A stretch of 41,701 nt of DNA from Promethearchaeota archaeon (GCA_048940925.1 JBHLOC010000042.1:1-41701); one strand, 5' to 3'; shown: positions 18,222-28,743, counted from the stretch's first letter. Numbers and translations: made by a program. The notes: generated by a model from the sequence alone, not told the origin.

Positions 18222-18701
18222 TTAATTGTTATTAAAATTTTTCCTTTTTGTAATATTAATTCTTCCAAACTTTGGTTTATTATACACTTTTATTTTATCT
18301 GAATTCTTTATATTAATTTCTCGATTCTCTTCTTCAAAAATTAATTCACTATGTAAAAAAGCTTTATGAAGATCATCATTATTTTTTGAATTTTTTAAAT
18401 GATCTTTGAGATTTATATCACTTTTAAATAATTTCCCACATACAGGGCAACTTGGTGATTCCTTCCCTAAAAGACCTTGAGGTGTTTTTACTATTATTTT
18501 ATATTGTTTCTTTATATTCAAAACTCCTTTCTTTTGCCGACATAAATGTCTCACTAATTTACCATAGGGTGGATAATTGAAAAAAACTTTACTTCCGTGC
18601 CGACATTCCCAATATAATACGTCTATACCACATCTTGGGCATTTTGTTTGAAAAGATCTTAGATAACAATGCTTTCCGTGTGATTTATAAAAATGTCGCA
18701 T
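18222..18701 (-). CDS. Zinc-finger protein (CxxC...C...HxC module plus C2H2-like finger)
   Basis: CPRC..VLYWECRHGSKVFF...HLC and CPVCGKLF....LKDH...H. Confidence 0.75.
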   Translation of the reverse strand: MRHFYKSHGKHCYLRSFQTKCPRCGIDVLYWECRHGSKVFFNYPPYGKLVRHLCRQKKGVLNIKKQYKIIVKTPQGLLGKESPSCPVCGKLFKSDINLKDHLKNSKNNDDLHKAFLHSELIFEEENREINIKNSDKIKVYNKPKFGRINITKRKNFNNN

Positions 18702-18869
18702 TATATGAATACAAAGAACAAACTTATTAAAATTTTATGTTCATAATAAAAAATCTAAAACTTAAAAATGCGATTATTATTAATGGATAAATCCTAAAAA
18801 CGCAAACATTTAAATGTGCGAAAACAATTATGTGAATTAAAGAAGAGAACTTATTAAGGGTTAAAGTTA

Positions 18870-19799
18870 GTGGATCTCTCATCATCTCAAAAAAATTTTA
18901 ATTTATGTCCAGAATGTGGTAATAAAAATATAATTTCAGATGAGACTCGTGGTGAGATCATATGTAATTTTTGTGGTTTAGTTTTGAGTCAAAGAATAAT
19001 AGATTCAGGACCAGAATGGCGAGCATTCACATCTGAAGAGGCTATTAAAAAGGTTAGAGTAGGAGCGCCCACAACTCTTACACTACATGATAAGGGGTTA
19101 AGCACAATGATTGGCTGGAAGAATAAAGATGCATTTGGAAAGACATTAAGTCCTAAAATGAAAGCTGAAGTATATAGGCTAAGGAAATGGCATGTGAGGA
19201 CTAGAACTAACAAATCTATTGACAGAAATTTAGCATATGCTATGAATGAATTAGACCGTTTTGCCTCTCAATTGAATTTATCTAAAGATTTAAAAGAATC
19301 TGCTGCTCATGTCTATAGAAAAATGGCTAATAAAAATTTAATTAGGGGAAGATCTATTGAAGCAATGTTAATTGCCTCAATTTATCTATCATGTAGACTG
19401 AATAACATACCAAAAACTTTGGATGACTTTATTGAGTTTGCATCTGTTGATAAGAAAAAAATAGCACGATGTTATAGATTAATCTTAAATGAGCTCAAGT
19501 TGAATATCCAGGTATCATCACCAATCAATTTCATTCCTAGATTTTGTGCAGAATTAAAATTATCAGGTAGAACTCAAAATAGAGCAGCATCTATTTTGAA
19601 ACTTGCAAAGATGTATCGTATTACTGCAGGTAAAGCACCAACAGGTTTAGCGGGTGCAGCTCTCTATGTCGCTGCCATACAAGAGGGAGAACGACGAACT
19701 CAGAAAGAAATTTCTCTAACTGCGGGGGTAACGGAAGCAACTATTAGAAATCGTTATAAAGAATTAATAAATCATTTAAAATTTGATTTGAATATATAA
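18870..19799 (+). CDS. tfb: Transcription initiation factor IIB
   Basis: Zn ribbon CPEC...CNFCG, IDSGPEWRAF, LHDKGLST, two cyclin repeats, GVTEATIRNRYKEL. Confidence 0.98.
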   Translation: MDLSSSQKNFNLCPECGNKNIISDETRGEIICNFCGLVLSQRIIDSGPEWRAFTSEEAIKKVRVGAPTTLTLHDKGLSTMIGWKNKDAFGKTLSPKMKAEVYRLRKWHVRTRTNKSIDRNLAYAMNELDRFASQLNLSKDLKESAAHVYRKMANKNLIRGRSIEAMLIASIYLSCRLNNIPKTLDDFIEFASVDKKKIARCYRLILNELKLNIQVSSPINFIPRFCAELKLSGRTQNRAASILKLAKMYRITAGKAPTGLAGAALYVAAIQEGERRTQKEISLTAGVTEATIRNRYKELINHLKFDLNI

Positions 19800-19829
19800 G
19801 GAAATTAATATTTTAAGAAAAAGGCTTTC

Positions 19830-19979
19830 TTAGCGAACTTTTATTCTTTTTATAACATCAGGTCGCTTTTTATATAAAATTCGGAAACCACAATGGGAAC
19901 ACTTAATACCGGGTAGTGCACTTAATTCTTTTTTACTGACTTCTTTCCCACAACTCTTTCTTGCGCATACATACTTCAT
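19830..19979 (-). CDS. rpo12: RNA polymerase subunit Rpo12 (RpoP); missing from ORF track (49 aa)
   Basis: Own translation MKYVCARKSCGKEVSKKELSALPGIKCSHCGFRILYKKRPDVIKRIKVR with the C-x2-CG-x-RILYK-x-R signature. Confidence 0.95.
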   Translation of the reverse strand: MKYVCARKSCGKEVSKKELSALPGIKCSHCGFRILYKKRPDVIKRIKVR

Positions 19980-20079
19980 ATTATCTTCAAATTTTACATA
20001 ATTAAAATACTTTTTGTTTATTTGCTAAGATTCAAAAAAGTTTTAGATAAAAGAGATAACTAATATTATTATTTATATC

Positions 20080-20889
20080 CTAAATATATAATGATTTCCT
20101 TTTGTCATCAGATTCTACAATATTAAGATTATCCAGATCTTTTTCTAATTGATCTCTTTTGATTTGAAGATTTTTAGTAATATCTTCAATATTTTCTATA
20201 GAATATTTCTTTTTTATAGGTAAAGTAAAAGATTTTTTTAACATTTCTAAAAGAATAATAGAGGCTTTTAAATCAGTAATATCTTCATTAATCATAGCTA
20301 AGTTATCTGTCTCTGCTAAGAATACTAAGCCATCAATATTAAACCTTGCTTTTGCTAATGTGGGGATTAAACCATTTGCGCCGATAATTACTCCTTTTTG
20401 AATCTTTTCACAATTATTTCCATCTATAAAGTTTTCTAATATCTCTCGATTTGTTGAACTCGCAAAAATTTTAGGTATTTTTGAATTCAACTTACGACTA
20501 TTAACTGGATATGCTCCTAAAGCAATAATTAATTTAATTCCATATTGATTAATAATGTCTGTTAAGAAATTGGAAATCTTATAGATACCCTTTGGGGTTA
20601 AACTTTGGGCGTCTGCTGTTATTAGCATAATATCTCTTATCTGAGTGGGATCATTCCATAATAAAATTTCAGCTTTAGGAGCCGATAATATACTATCATC
20701 TACAATTGCTCCCGCAGGATAATCATCAAAAATTATATCCATTAAATTTTTCGCATTAAGCTGACCAATTAACGAATCTAGAGCAAATTTGCCTACATCG
20801 GCAATACCTGGCATTCCTAAAATACAAATTGGATTTATTAAATCATCTTTAGTGATACGATTATGGTGAATAATTCTTATTCCTTCCAT
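20080..20889 (-). CDS. PAC2-family proteasome assembly chaperone
   Basis: NPICILGMPGIADVGK, DAQS, IIALGAY, IIGANGLI, LAET. Confidence 0.88.
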   Translation of the reverse strand: MEGIRIIHHNRITKDDLINPICILGMPGIADVGKFALDSLIGQLNAKNLMDIIFDDYPAGAIVDDSILSAPKAEILLWNDPTQIRDIMLITADAQSLTPKGIYKISNFLTDIINQYGIKLIIALGAYPVNSRKLNSKIPKIFASSTNREILENFIDGNNCEKIQKGVIIGANGLIPTLAKARFNIDGLVFLAETDNLAMINEDITDLKASIILLEMLKKSFTLPIKKKYSIENIEDITKNLQIKRDQLEKDLDNLNIVESDDKRKSLYI

Positions 20890-21085
20890 ATGTTTAACCT
20901 TATTTTAGCTAAAAAATATCTAATAATAGGATATTTTTTTCAATTTAAAAACGATGTATTATCCTAGTAGACACAAGAATTATTGTAAAAGTAATATAAT
21001 CATAATATCAAAAAATTAAATTAATAAGATTAGTTTTATCACATATAAGAAATATTAGATAATTATCTAAATAATAATTCTGGTT

Positions 21086-21682
21086 ATGATGCCTTTGATT
21101 TATAAATGTTTAATGTGCGGAACATGTTGTCATGAGGTTCCTGGGGAATATAAAAAGAGAATTCCCTTATATCCTGAAGAGGTTGATAAACTTATTGAGA
21201 TGAGTAGAAAACTTGGAATAGAATTTAAAGTTATAGAGGATTTGGTATTTCCTGATATTAAAAATAAAAAAATTTTAATACTAACTTATCGATTTAGTTT
21301 GGAAAATGATACTCATGGATGCCCTTTCTATACAAAAAATAAGGGATGTGTTATTCACAATAATAAACCTTTAGCGTGTCAAGCCTATCCATTAGCTCTA
21401 AAACGTATTGATGCATTTAATTTTGAAATATCTATTGATCCTCTATGTAATTATGTAATAGATAATTATAACGAATTAACAAATCTAGATTTAGAAAAAT
21501 TAAAAAAGATCTTTAAAGATGAATATCCTAAAGCTGAAAAATTTTTTCGAAAGAATAAAAACCTAATGTTTGAAATAAGGAAATTAGAGGTAACTAAAAA
21601 AATAGAAATACCTCGTGAAATAAGCTTAGATACATATAATTTATATTTAGCAAATTGGGATAGAGAAGAAATTAAAGTATAG
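21086..21682 (+). CDS. YkgJ-family (CxxCxxCC) cysteine-cluster protein
   Basis: CLMCGTCC, CPF, CVIH..KPLACQAYP. Confidence 0.9.
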   Translation: MMPLIYKCLMCGTCCHEVPGEYKKRIPLYPEEVDKLIEMSRKLGIEFKVIEDLVFPDIKNKKILILTYRFSLENDTHGCPFYTKNKGCVIHNNKPLACQAYPLALKRIDAFNFEISIDPLCNYVIDNYNELTNLDLEKLKKIFKDEYPKAEKFFRKNKNLMFEIRKLEVTKKIEIPREISLDTYNLYLANWDREEIKV

Positions 21683-21755
21683 AATTTTCTAATTTTTGTT
21701 TTTCTTTAAAAATATCAAGAAAAATGAATAAATTCATTAATTAGCGATTTAATAA

Positions 21756-22148
21756 TTAAATTTGTAATTTAAAATCATTAATTAGTATGCTAAATTTCTT
21801 ATCTTCTAATCTAACTATTTTATAGTTATTAAAAGCTTCACTAATTAACTGTGCAAAAATATGTTTACAAAAATTACGCAACTTATTCACAACAACATTT
21901 TTATAAAAATCCTGACAAGAGCAGTATATTTTTGGGTAAACTAAATGCTCTTGATTTTCTCCCATAGCAGTCCAAACGATTCTATTAGAGGGTTTATAGA
22001 TATATTTTGTTATTCCTCTCTTTAGGACTTCAATAACTGCCATAGATTTTTCAGGAAAGATATCTTCTAAAAATGAGATTAGATCTTCATCAATTAATTT
22101 TTTCTTTTTTGCTTTTTCAAAAAAATCTAACAATAAATCTTTTGACAT
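21756..22148 (-). CDS. SWIM zinc-finger protein
   Basis: YCSCQDF...CKH; ATG 22148 preferred as start. Confidence 0.85.
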   Translation of the reverse strand: MSKDLLLDFFEKAKKKKLIDEDLISFLEDIFPEKSMAVIEVLKRGITKYIYKPSNRIVWTAMGENQEHLVYPKIYCSCQDFYKNVVVNKLRNFCKHIFAQLISEAFNNYKIVRLEDKKFSILINDFKLQI

Positions 22149-22200
22149 TTGTATTATATATATTAATAAAATATTTTTATAAAAAAATATCATTGAAGTT

Positions 22201-23496
22201 TTGAAAAAAATATTATATCTTCCAACAAGATACTTTCCTTCAATAAGCGGTGCCGAATTCTATTTGCAACGTATGGCTGAAATACTAAGTTCAAAATATA
22301 ATTATGAAATAGATATCTTTACTTCTAATGCCATAGATTTTAAAGCCTTAAGAAATCGGAGAGGAAAGACTATAGATGAGTCAAATAAATTTTATCATAG
22401 TGTCAATAATTTGAAAATAAACAGATTTTCGGTTAATTATGATGTTACAGAAAAGGATATTATAAATAAAATTAATAAAATTGAAGTATTTAAATCATTA
22501 AATCTTTCTGATGATTGTGTGAAGAAATATATTAGAAATGGACCATATTTAGGAGATTTATTAGATTTTTTTATCAGGACAAAAGATTTGAATTATGATA
22601 TAATTCATACAACTTTTTATCCATATTTTAATTTAATTTTAAGCTTGATTATTGGAAATATATTGAATATACCAAAAGTTTGTACCCCTTTTTTTCATTT
22701 TTCAAATCCTAGATATTCAGATTTAGATTTAATTGAAGTTTTGAAGAAATTTGATATTATAATTGCTTGTACAGCTGTTGAGAAAAGATTTTTAATAAAC
22801 AATCTGAATATACCTGAAAAAAATATTACAGTAATTTCAATGGGTGTTGATTATTACAGATTTGAACATATTCCTAAATCTAAATTAAAAAATTACTTTT
22901 TTAAAAATATTTATTTTGATAAAAATGAAAAAAATTATAAAATGATTTTATTTTGTGGAAATAAGAATTATGAAAAAGGTGCAATTTCCATCTTAAAATC
23001 AATACCATATATTCTTAAAAAAATCAAAAAAGTTAATTTCGTTTTTATTGGACCGTCAACTAGTGCTTATAATCATGAATTAAAAAAAATTTTGAAAACT
23101 ACAAAGATAAGAGTAGTCAATCTTACACCAGATAATCTAACTGGTTATTATGATGAGAAAAAAATAAGCGCATTTAAAGAAGCAGATTTATATCTAATGC
23201 CAAGTCGTAGTGACGCTTTTGGAATTTCATTTTTAGAAGCATGGGCTGCTGGAAAGCCTGTTATTGGTGCAAGAATAGGGGCCACTCCTGAAGTGATCAG
23301 AGAAAATATTGATGGTCTTTTAGTTGAATTTGATAATCCAGAGGAAATTGCTCAAAAGGTTGTTAAACTATTAAAAAGTAAGAGATTGAGGAAAAGATTT
23401 GGCACCGCTGGACAATTAAAAGTCCTTCAAAATTACACCTGGGATAGCATAGCCCAAAAAACTCATGAATTATATCAAACTTTAATGAAAATATAA
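22201..23496 (+). CDS. Glycosyltransferase family 4
   Basis: YFPSISGAE, KG, MPSRSDAFGISFLEAWAAGKPVIG, DGLLV. Confidence 0.93.
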   Translation: MKKILYLPTRYFPSISGAEFYLQRMAEILSSKYNYEIDIFTSNAIDFKALRNRRGKTIDESNKFYHSVNNLKINRFSVNYDVTEKDIINKINKIEVFKSLNLSDDCVKKYIRNGPYLGDLLDFFIRTKDLNYDIIHTTFYPYFNLILSLIIGNILNIPKVCTPFFHFSNPRYSDLDLIEVLKKFDIIIACTAVEKRFLINNLNIPEKNITVISMGVDYYRFEHIPKSKLKNYFFKNIYFDKNEKNYKMILFCGNKNYEKGAISILKSIPYILKKIKKVNFVFIGPSTSAYNHELKKILKTTKIRVVNLTPDNLTGYYDEKKISAFKEADLYLMPSRSDAFGISFLEAWAAGKPVIGARIGATPEVIRENIDGLLVEFDNPEEIAQKVVKLLKSKRLRKRFGTAGQLKVLQNYTWDSIAQKTHELYQTLMKI

Positions 23497-23512
23497 TATT
23501 AATAATTATAAT

Positions 23513-24733
23513 ATGAAAATAATATCTGGAAATCCATTTTTAAAAAAAGTTAATGGACAAATCTTTCTTGATTTATTCCCTCTGGATGACTTACTAAAAA
23601 AGTATAAAACACCCATTCTTATTTTTTTGGAAAATCGAATTAGAGCTAATATTGAATCTTTTAGAAACGTTTTTACCAGAGAATTCAAGCATTTTCAATT
23701 TTTCTACTCTTTAAAAGCAAATTTTCTTCCTGAAATATGTAGGATTATTTCCTCTGAAGGAATTGGAGCTGAACTTAATGGATTACCTGAACTAAAACTG
23801 GCTTTAAAAATTGGTTTTCCCCCAAATAAGATAATAATTGGAGGAACATATTTATTTAAAGAACTTATTGAGGCAAGTATCAAAAATAAAGTTAAAGAAA
23901 TAATAATTCATGATTTAAATGATTTAAAAAAAATCAATTCAATTGCCCAAAAATATGATTTAATTCAGAAAATTTGCATTAGAGTAATTTCTCAAAAATA
24001 TGAAAGTAAGTTAGGGATAGAATTAGATGAATTAAAAATAAAAAAATTAATGGAATCATACAAACTGTATCAAAATATTAAAATTACCTCAATTTTATCT
24101 CATTTCAGTACTCAAATGAATGATATGAACCAGTATAAAAGAAATATTGCTACTATATTACATAATTTAAAATTATTACTATTCAATCATATTAAAATTA
24201 AAAATATAAATTTTGGTGGCGGATTTCCAGAAGCTACTGTTATGCCTCAAGAACAATTAGAAAAAATAGCCCATATTACTAGAATCCTACTCGATGAATC
24301 TAAATTTAATTATAAAAATATTTATTTTGAACCTGGAAGATATATTATGGGTGATTCTGGATTATTTATAGCAAAAATTGTAAAGATATATGAAAAAAGA
24401 TGGATCTTTTTAAATATAGGGAATAATATTTGTCCTAAATTTGCTAAATGCTCTTTAAGGTTTTATAACGCATCCCAAATAGATAAATCACATAAATATA
24501 AAACATCAATAGCAGGGATTGTTCCAACTGATCAAGATGTGTTAGCAAAAAATTACTTTTTTACTAAACAATTAAATAAAGGTGATAAGATTATGGTCAC
24601 AAACACAGGTGCTTATTGTTTAACTTTTTCAAATCGCTTTCCATATACTTTACCAAAAATCCTTTTGATAAAGGATAATGATGTCAAGGAGATATTTAAT
24701 CCCGAAATAGATCAAGATTTTTCAATAAATTAA
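23513..24733 (+). CDS. PLP-dependent fold-III decarboxylase (LysA/ornithine decarboxylase-like)
   Basis: YSLKAN, NFGGGF, EPGRY and TGAY present; some catalytic motifs diverged. Confidence 0.85.
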   Translation: MKIISGNPFLKKVNGQIFLDLFPLDDLLKKYKTPILIFLENRIRANIESFRNVFTREFKHFQFFYSLKANFLPEICRIISSEGIGAELNGLPELKLALKIGFPPNKIIIGGTYLFKELIEASIKNKVKEIIIHDLNDLKKINSIAQKYDLIQKICIRVISQKYESKLGIELDELKIKKLMESYKLYQNIKITSILSHFSTQMNDMNQYKRNIATILHNLKLLLFNHIKIKNINFGGGFPEATVMPQEQLEKIAHITRILLDESKFNYKNIYFEPGRYIMGDSGLFIAKIVKIYEKRWIFLNIGNNICPKFAKCSLRFYNASQIDKSHKYKTSIAGIVPTDQDVLAKNYFFTKQLNKGDKIMVTNTGAYCLTFSNRFPYTLPKILLIKDNDVKEIFNPEIDQDFSIN

Positions 24734-24836
24734 ATAAAATTTTGGGAGATTTTAAGTATTATTGGCATAATACATTAATTCAAATTTTTTTAATTAAGTT
24801 TTATTTTGTAGCATCAACTAAAAGATTTGATTTATT

Positions 24837-25943
24837 ATGGAATCATTTATTAGAAATGCCCGTAAAAGAGAGATAGTTAAGCCACAGATTGATCCATATG
24901 GTCATGCTAACATTAAAATTGTAGGTTGTGGTGGTGCAGGAAACAACACAATTAATAGATTAATGAAAATTGGGATTCGTGGGGCTACATGTGTAGCTAT
25001 AAATACAGATTGTCAACATTTAGATAGTATTGAATCCCACATTAAATTGTTAATTGGAAAGAATTTAACAAAAGGTTTAGGTGCTGGAGGAAATCCTGAA
25101 GTGGGGAGAGCTGCTGCTGAAGAATCTCGACAAGATTTAACAAAAGTTTTAAGAGAATCAAACTTGGTTTTCATAACATGTGGAGAAGGTGGGGGAACAG
25201 GAACTGGAAGCGCTCCAATTGTAGCAGAAATAGCCAAACTCGAGGGCGCAATAGTAGTAGGTGTAGTAACTCTACCTTTTGAAACTGAAATTGGACGTAT
25301 TGATAAAGCTAAGATGGGATTAAATCTTTTGAAAAGATATGGTGATACATTGGTAGTTATAGATAATAATAGACTGCTAGAAATTGCTCCCAATTTACCC
25401 ATTATAGAAGCATTTAGTGTAGCTGATGAAGTTCTAGCTACAATGGTAAAAGGTATCACAGAAACGATTTCGTTGCCTTCCTTGATAAATTTAGATTTTG
25501 CTGATGTAAGAACTATTTTAAGTACAGGGGGCGTCGCAATTGTAGGTGTAGGTGAATCGAATAAAAATGAAAATCGAGTTGAAGATGCTATAAATGATGC
25601 ATTAAATACTCCTTTATTAGATGTTAACATTGATGGAGCAAAAGGAGCATTAATCCATATTTGTGGAGGAAATGATATGACATTAGCAGAAGCGAATTCT
25701 GTAGCACAAAAAATTACTGAGAAAATGGATGTGCATGATTCTATGGTAATATGGGGTGCCCGAGTGTCAGATGAATTTGATGGTTTTATAAGAGTTATGC
25801 TTCTTATAACTGGAATAAAATCGCCTCAAATATTTGGTAATGGGTATAAAAGCAACCAACCAATTTATAAACCAATATCTAAATCTTCAAAGGTTAGTTT
25901 ATCAGACGATATTTTTAATATTAGTGAAATCAGATTTGATTAG
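24837..25943 (+). CDS. ftsZ: Cell division protein FtsZ
   Basis: GCGGAGNN, NTD, GLGAGGNPEVG, GGGTGTG, NLDFAD, IWGA. Confidence 0.98.
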   Translation: MESFIRNARKREIVKPQIDPYGHANIKIVGCGGAGNNTINRLMKIGIRGATCVAINTDCQHLDSIESHIKLLIGKNLTKGLGAGGNPEVGRAAAEESRQDLTKVLRESNLVFITCGEGGGTGTGSAPIVAEIAKLEGAIVVGVVTLPFETEIGRIDKAKMGLNLLKRYGDTLVVIDNNRLLEIAPNLPIIEAFSVADEVLATMVKGITETISLPSLINLDFADVRTILSTGGVAIVGVGESNKNENRVEDAINDALNTPLLDVNIDGAKGALIHICGGNDMTLAEANSVAQKITEKMDVHDSMVIWGARVSDEFDGFIRVMLLITGIKSPQIFGNGYKSNQPIYKPISKSSKVSLSDDIFNISEIRFD

Positions 25944-25990
25944 TTGGAATTTTATCATTCCTTTTTATTATTCTTTTAGAATATAAATAT

Positions 25991-26357
25991 ATGAAAAGCA
26001 AGTTATCAACACAAATTCAAAATGAAATAGCTAATATTTTTGAAGCAATTTATGTTTGGAAAGAGTTGTTTTCCTTTCATGTTGAGTTTTATTTTGATGG
26101 ATGTGTAATTTATCTAAGAGAAAAAAACCTTTATCCTAGATCTATAATAATTTTTAAATCTTATGCAAAAAACACATTTACTCTTAAAAGCTTTGAGATA
26201 TACCTTTAAAACTTAAAAAAAGAGGAATTCAAAGAAATTTATTTGAAAGAAAATGGAGAAAATCCTGAAAATTTATTAATAGAACTAATAAGTAGTATAT
26301 GGAAAAGCTTTATTAAGTAGTGCCTCAAAAACTTATAAAAATGCATTTTCAAAATAG
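25991..26357 (+). pseudogene. Probable disrupted hypothetical gene (internal TAA, possible later frameshift)
   Basis: 72-aa ORF stops at TAA 26207-26209, but the same frame stays open for 36 more codons (NLKKEEFKEIYLKEN...); a shifted frame continues YGKALLSSASKTYKNAFSK to TAG 26357. Confidence 0.5.
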
Positions 26358-26362
26358 TTTTT

Positions 26363-26920
26363 TTAAAATTCAGGTTTATAAAGTTGTCTAAATTGTTCCT
26401 TCTTTTTCTCATTATACTTATTCTCTAAAAACTTTAAAACTACATGATGTGGTATACCATTTATTAACATATTCGTTGCTTTTCTAGCAATCTGTAAATT
26501 CTCGTAGTCTGCAATTATAGAAACTGTTTTACCATAAACAGAAACGAAACTTTCAGCATATCTCTCAATAGCTTTTCGTACTTCCCCATTCCTTCCTATG
26601 ATCCTTCCCTTTACACGTTTTATATGTTTATCAGATTTTCCTAAAATCGACATTAGATTAAAAATTTCGAGATCATAATTTTCTTCTAATAATTTCATTG
26701 CTTTAATTGGATTAAAACCTCTGCTAATTGCGTTGACTATCTTTTGAGCAGTGTAAATATTAAGTGGTATGTAATTTGGATCATCTGGTATTGGCAAAAT
26801 TTCACAATCACCAGTTTTACTGTCTATTTTAATCTTTACACCAAGCTTTTCTTCAATTTCCTTTTTAATTCTCCCATCTTTCCCTATTAAAACCGCAATA
26901 CGACTTTTTCCTACTTTCAT
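26363..26920 (-). CDS. KH-domain pre-rRNA processing protein (Dim2/Pno1/Krr1 family)
   Basis: RIAVLIGKDG, AISRGF, RVKGRIIGRNG, SVYGKTV, G.PH. Confidence 0.93.
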   Translation of the reverse strand: MKVGKSRIAVLIGKDGRIKKEIEEKLGVKIKIDSKTGDCEILPIPDDPNYIPLNIYTAQKIVNAISRGFNPIKAMKLLEENYDLEIFNLMSILGKSDKHIKRVKGRIIGRNGEVRKAIERYAESFVSVYGKTVSIIADYENLQIARKATNMLINGIPHHVVLKFLENKYNEKKKEQFRQLYKPEF

Positions 26921-26967
26921 TTTATGTTTTTTTTATGAAATGTTTCCTAATAAAATATCAATATTTT

Positions 26968-27816
26968 CTATTTATTTAGATTAGTAACTTCATAATAGAA
27001 TTTTATAGGTTCTGGAAGTCTAATATCAAATTTTTCAAAATATTTAAAGATGTTTTTAATATCTCTTACCAAATAAACCTCTGCTTTTGGATGCTGTATA
27101 GAGACTGCTTGAGATATATCAATTACTACCGGTTTCTGATTATGATATAAAATGTTAAATTCACTCAGATCACCATGAACTAACATAGCTTTTTGATATA
27201 AAATTTTTATAAAATCTAATATATCATGAAAAAGATTAATTGGTTCTCTGGGTTTCTTAATATCCTTTAAAATTGGGGCAGGTATAGATTCAAAACCAAT
27301 ATATTCCATTAAAAGTATATTGTTTTTAATAAATACAGGTTTGGGGACACTTAATCCCGCTTTATATGCTCTTTTAAGATTTTTGAATTCTTTACTTGCC
27401 CATAAATAAATAATTTTTGATGTATTATGAGGTATTTTCTTAAATCTTGGATCTCCGATAATATACTTTCTCATCCATCTTGACGTATTACTATCAATTT
27501 TATAAATCTTAACAGCAATTTCAAAACCTTCTTGATCGTAAGCTAAATAAACATTTGCCTCCTTTCCAGAAGAAATAATCCCTTCTATTCTTTCTAATGG
27601 ACCATTTACTAATATTTTATTCAATTGAAAGACGGTACGCTCATCAAATACAGATTCAATGGTAGCTCTTTTTTTAGATTGGTCGATCTTTTTAACTCTT
27701 TTAAAGTCTATTTTCCTTTTTTCTAAATCATCAATACTAGTTTCAAACTTATCATTCAATTCATCATTTAAGATTTCATCAAAATCCTTATCAAAATTAT
27801 TATTATCTTCTACCAA
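26968..27816 (-). CDS. rio1: RIO1 kinase
   Basis: ISSGKEANVY, AVKIY, YIIGDPRF, WASKEFKNL, LVHGDLSEFNIL, IDISQAV. Confidence 0.96.
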   Translation of the reverse strand: MVEDNNNFDKDFDEILNDELNDKFETSIDDLEKRKIDFKRVKKIDQSKKRATIESVFDERTVFQLNKILVNGPLERIEGIISSGKEANVYLAYDQEGFEIAVKIYKIDSNTSRWMRKYIIGDPRFKKIPHNTSKIIYLWASKEFKNLKRAYKAGLSVPKPVFIKNNILLMEYIGFESIPAPILKDIKKPREPINLFHDILDFIKILYQKAMLVHGDLSEFNILYHNQKPVVIDISQAVSIQHPKAEVYLVRDIKNIFKYFEKFDIRLPEPIKFYYEVTNLNK

Positions 27817-27828
27817 TAAAATGTTCCT

Positions 27829-28743
27829 CTATTCTTTCCTTTTCATTATATTTTCACTAAAAAAAAAATTATAGTCTTTTATCAATTTTCTGTCATCTTT
27901 ACTTCTTAAAATTATTTTTTTTTTAGTTATATTCTCAACGTTGTAGTATTCCTCACCAATTATAATTTTATCATTGACATTTATTGGTAAAATCTTTATT
28001 GAAGCTTTTAATCGGTAAAGATTCTTTCCTTTCTGAGAATCTCTTCCTATCAATTTTTTTGTTCTTTTTATTAAGAAATGATACTTTGATTTCAAGAATT
28101 TTATAATGGAGTTCATTAATTCATTTGTACTAAGATAAAGATCTATACCATACTTTTGATCAATAAATTTAGAAATATATTGTCTCGGATCTTTTTCAAA
28201 TAACTTATTTACAAAATTATTAATCTCATTTAATATAGTGTATATTAGATCTATATTATTTTCATTTTTTACCCTTAATTGGATAATTGATATAAAATAA
28301 GTACCCCCTCTTAGATTAGAACAATTTTTACATAAAATTGGATTAAAGATCAACTTAATTATTTGTTTATGTTCTATTTTAGAATTTCCTTTCAAATTTC
28401 CTTTAACTTCTACTTCTACAGATTTTATAAAATCTTTAGAAGTATACTTAAAACTATTCTCTTCAAGTTTGAGAAAAAAAACAATTTTATTCTTTTTTAA
28501 TAAAGGTTTTAATAGAAATTTATGAACTGCTTCTTTTATTATAGAAAATAGTTCATTTTCTGAAGGCAAAATCCAAACATCTTTCTTAGAATAACTTCCA
28601 CAATCAATACAAATATTTAAAGATAAACTTTTAGGCAAATTAAATAATGGATTTTCTTTTAAATAACACTTTAAGCACATTCCAAAATGAGGAGAATCTG
28701 TTTCTAATCTTGTTCCACATATAGCACAAAATCTATTAGGCAT
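27829..28743 (-). CDS. nmd3: NMD3-family ribosome maturation protein
   Basis: FCAICG, MCLKC, CIDCG, CKNC...GTYF.SIIQLR, GIDLY, KKLIGRD..GK.LYR; ATG overlaps the upstream TAA (TAATG). Confidence 0.9.
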   Translation of the reverse strand: MPNRFCAICGTRLETDSPHFGMCLKCYLKENPLFNLPKSLSLNICIDCGSYSKKDVWILPSENELFSIIKEAVHKFLLKPLLKKNKIVFFLKLEENSFKYTSKDFIKSVEVEVKGNLKGNSKIEHKQIIKLIFNPILCKNCSNLRGGTYFISIIQLRVKNENNIDLIYTILNEINNFVNKLFEKDPRQYISKFIDQKYGIDLYLSTNELMNSIIKFLKSKYHFLIKRTKKLIGRDSQKGKNLYRLKASIKILPINVNDKIIIGEEYYNVENITKKKIILRSKDDRKLIKDYNFFFSENIMKRKE

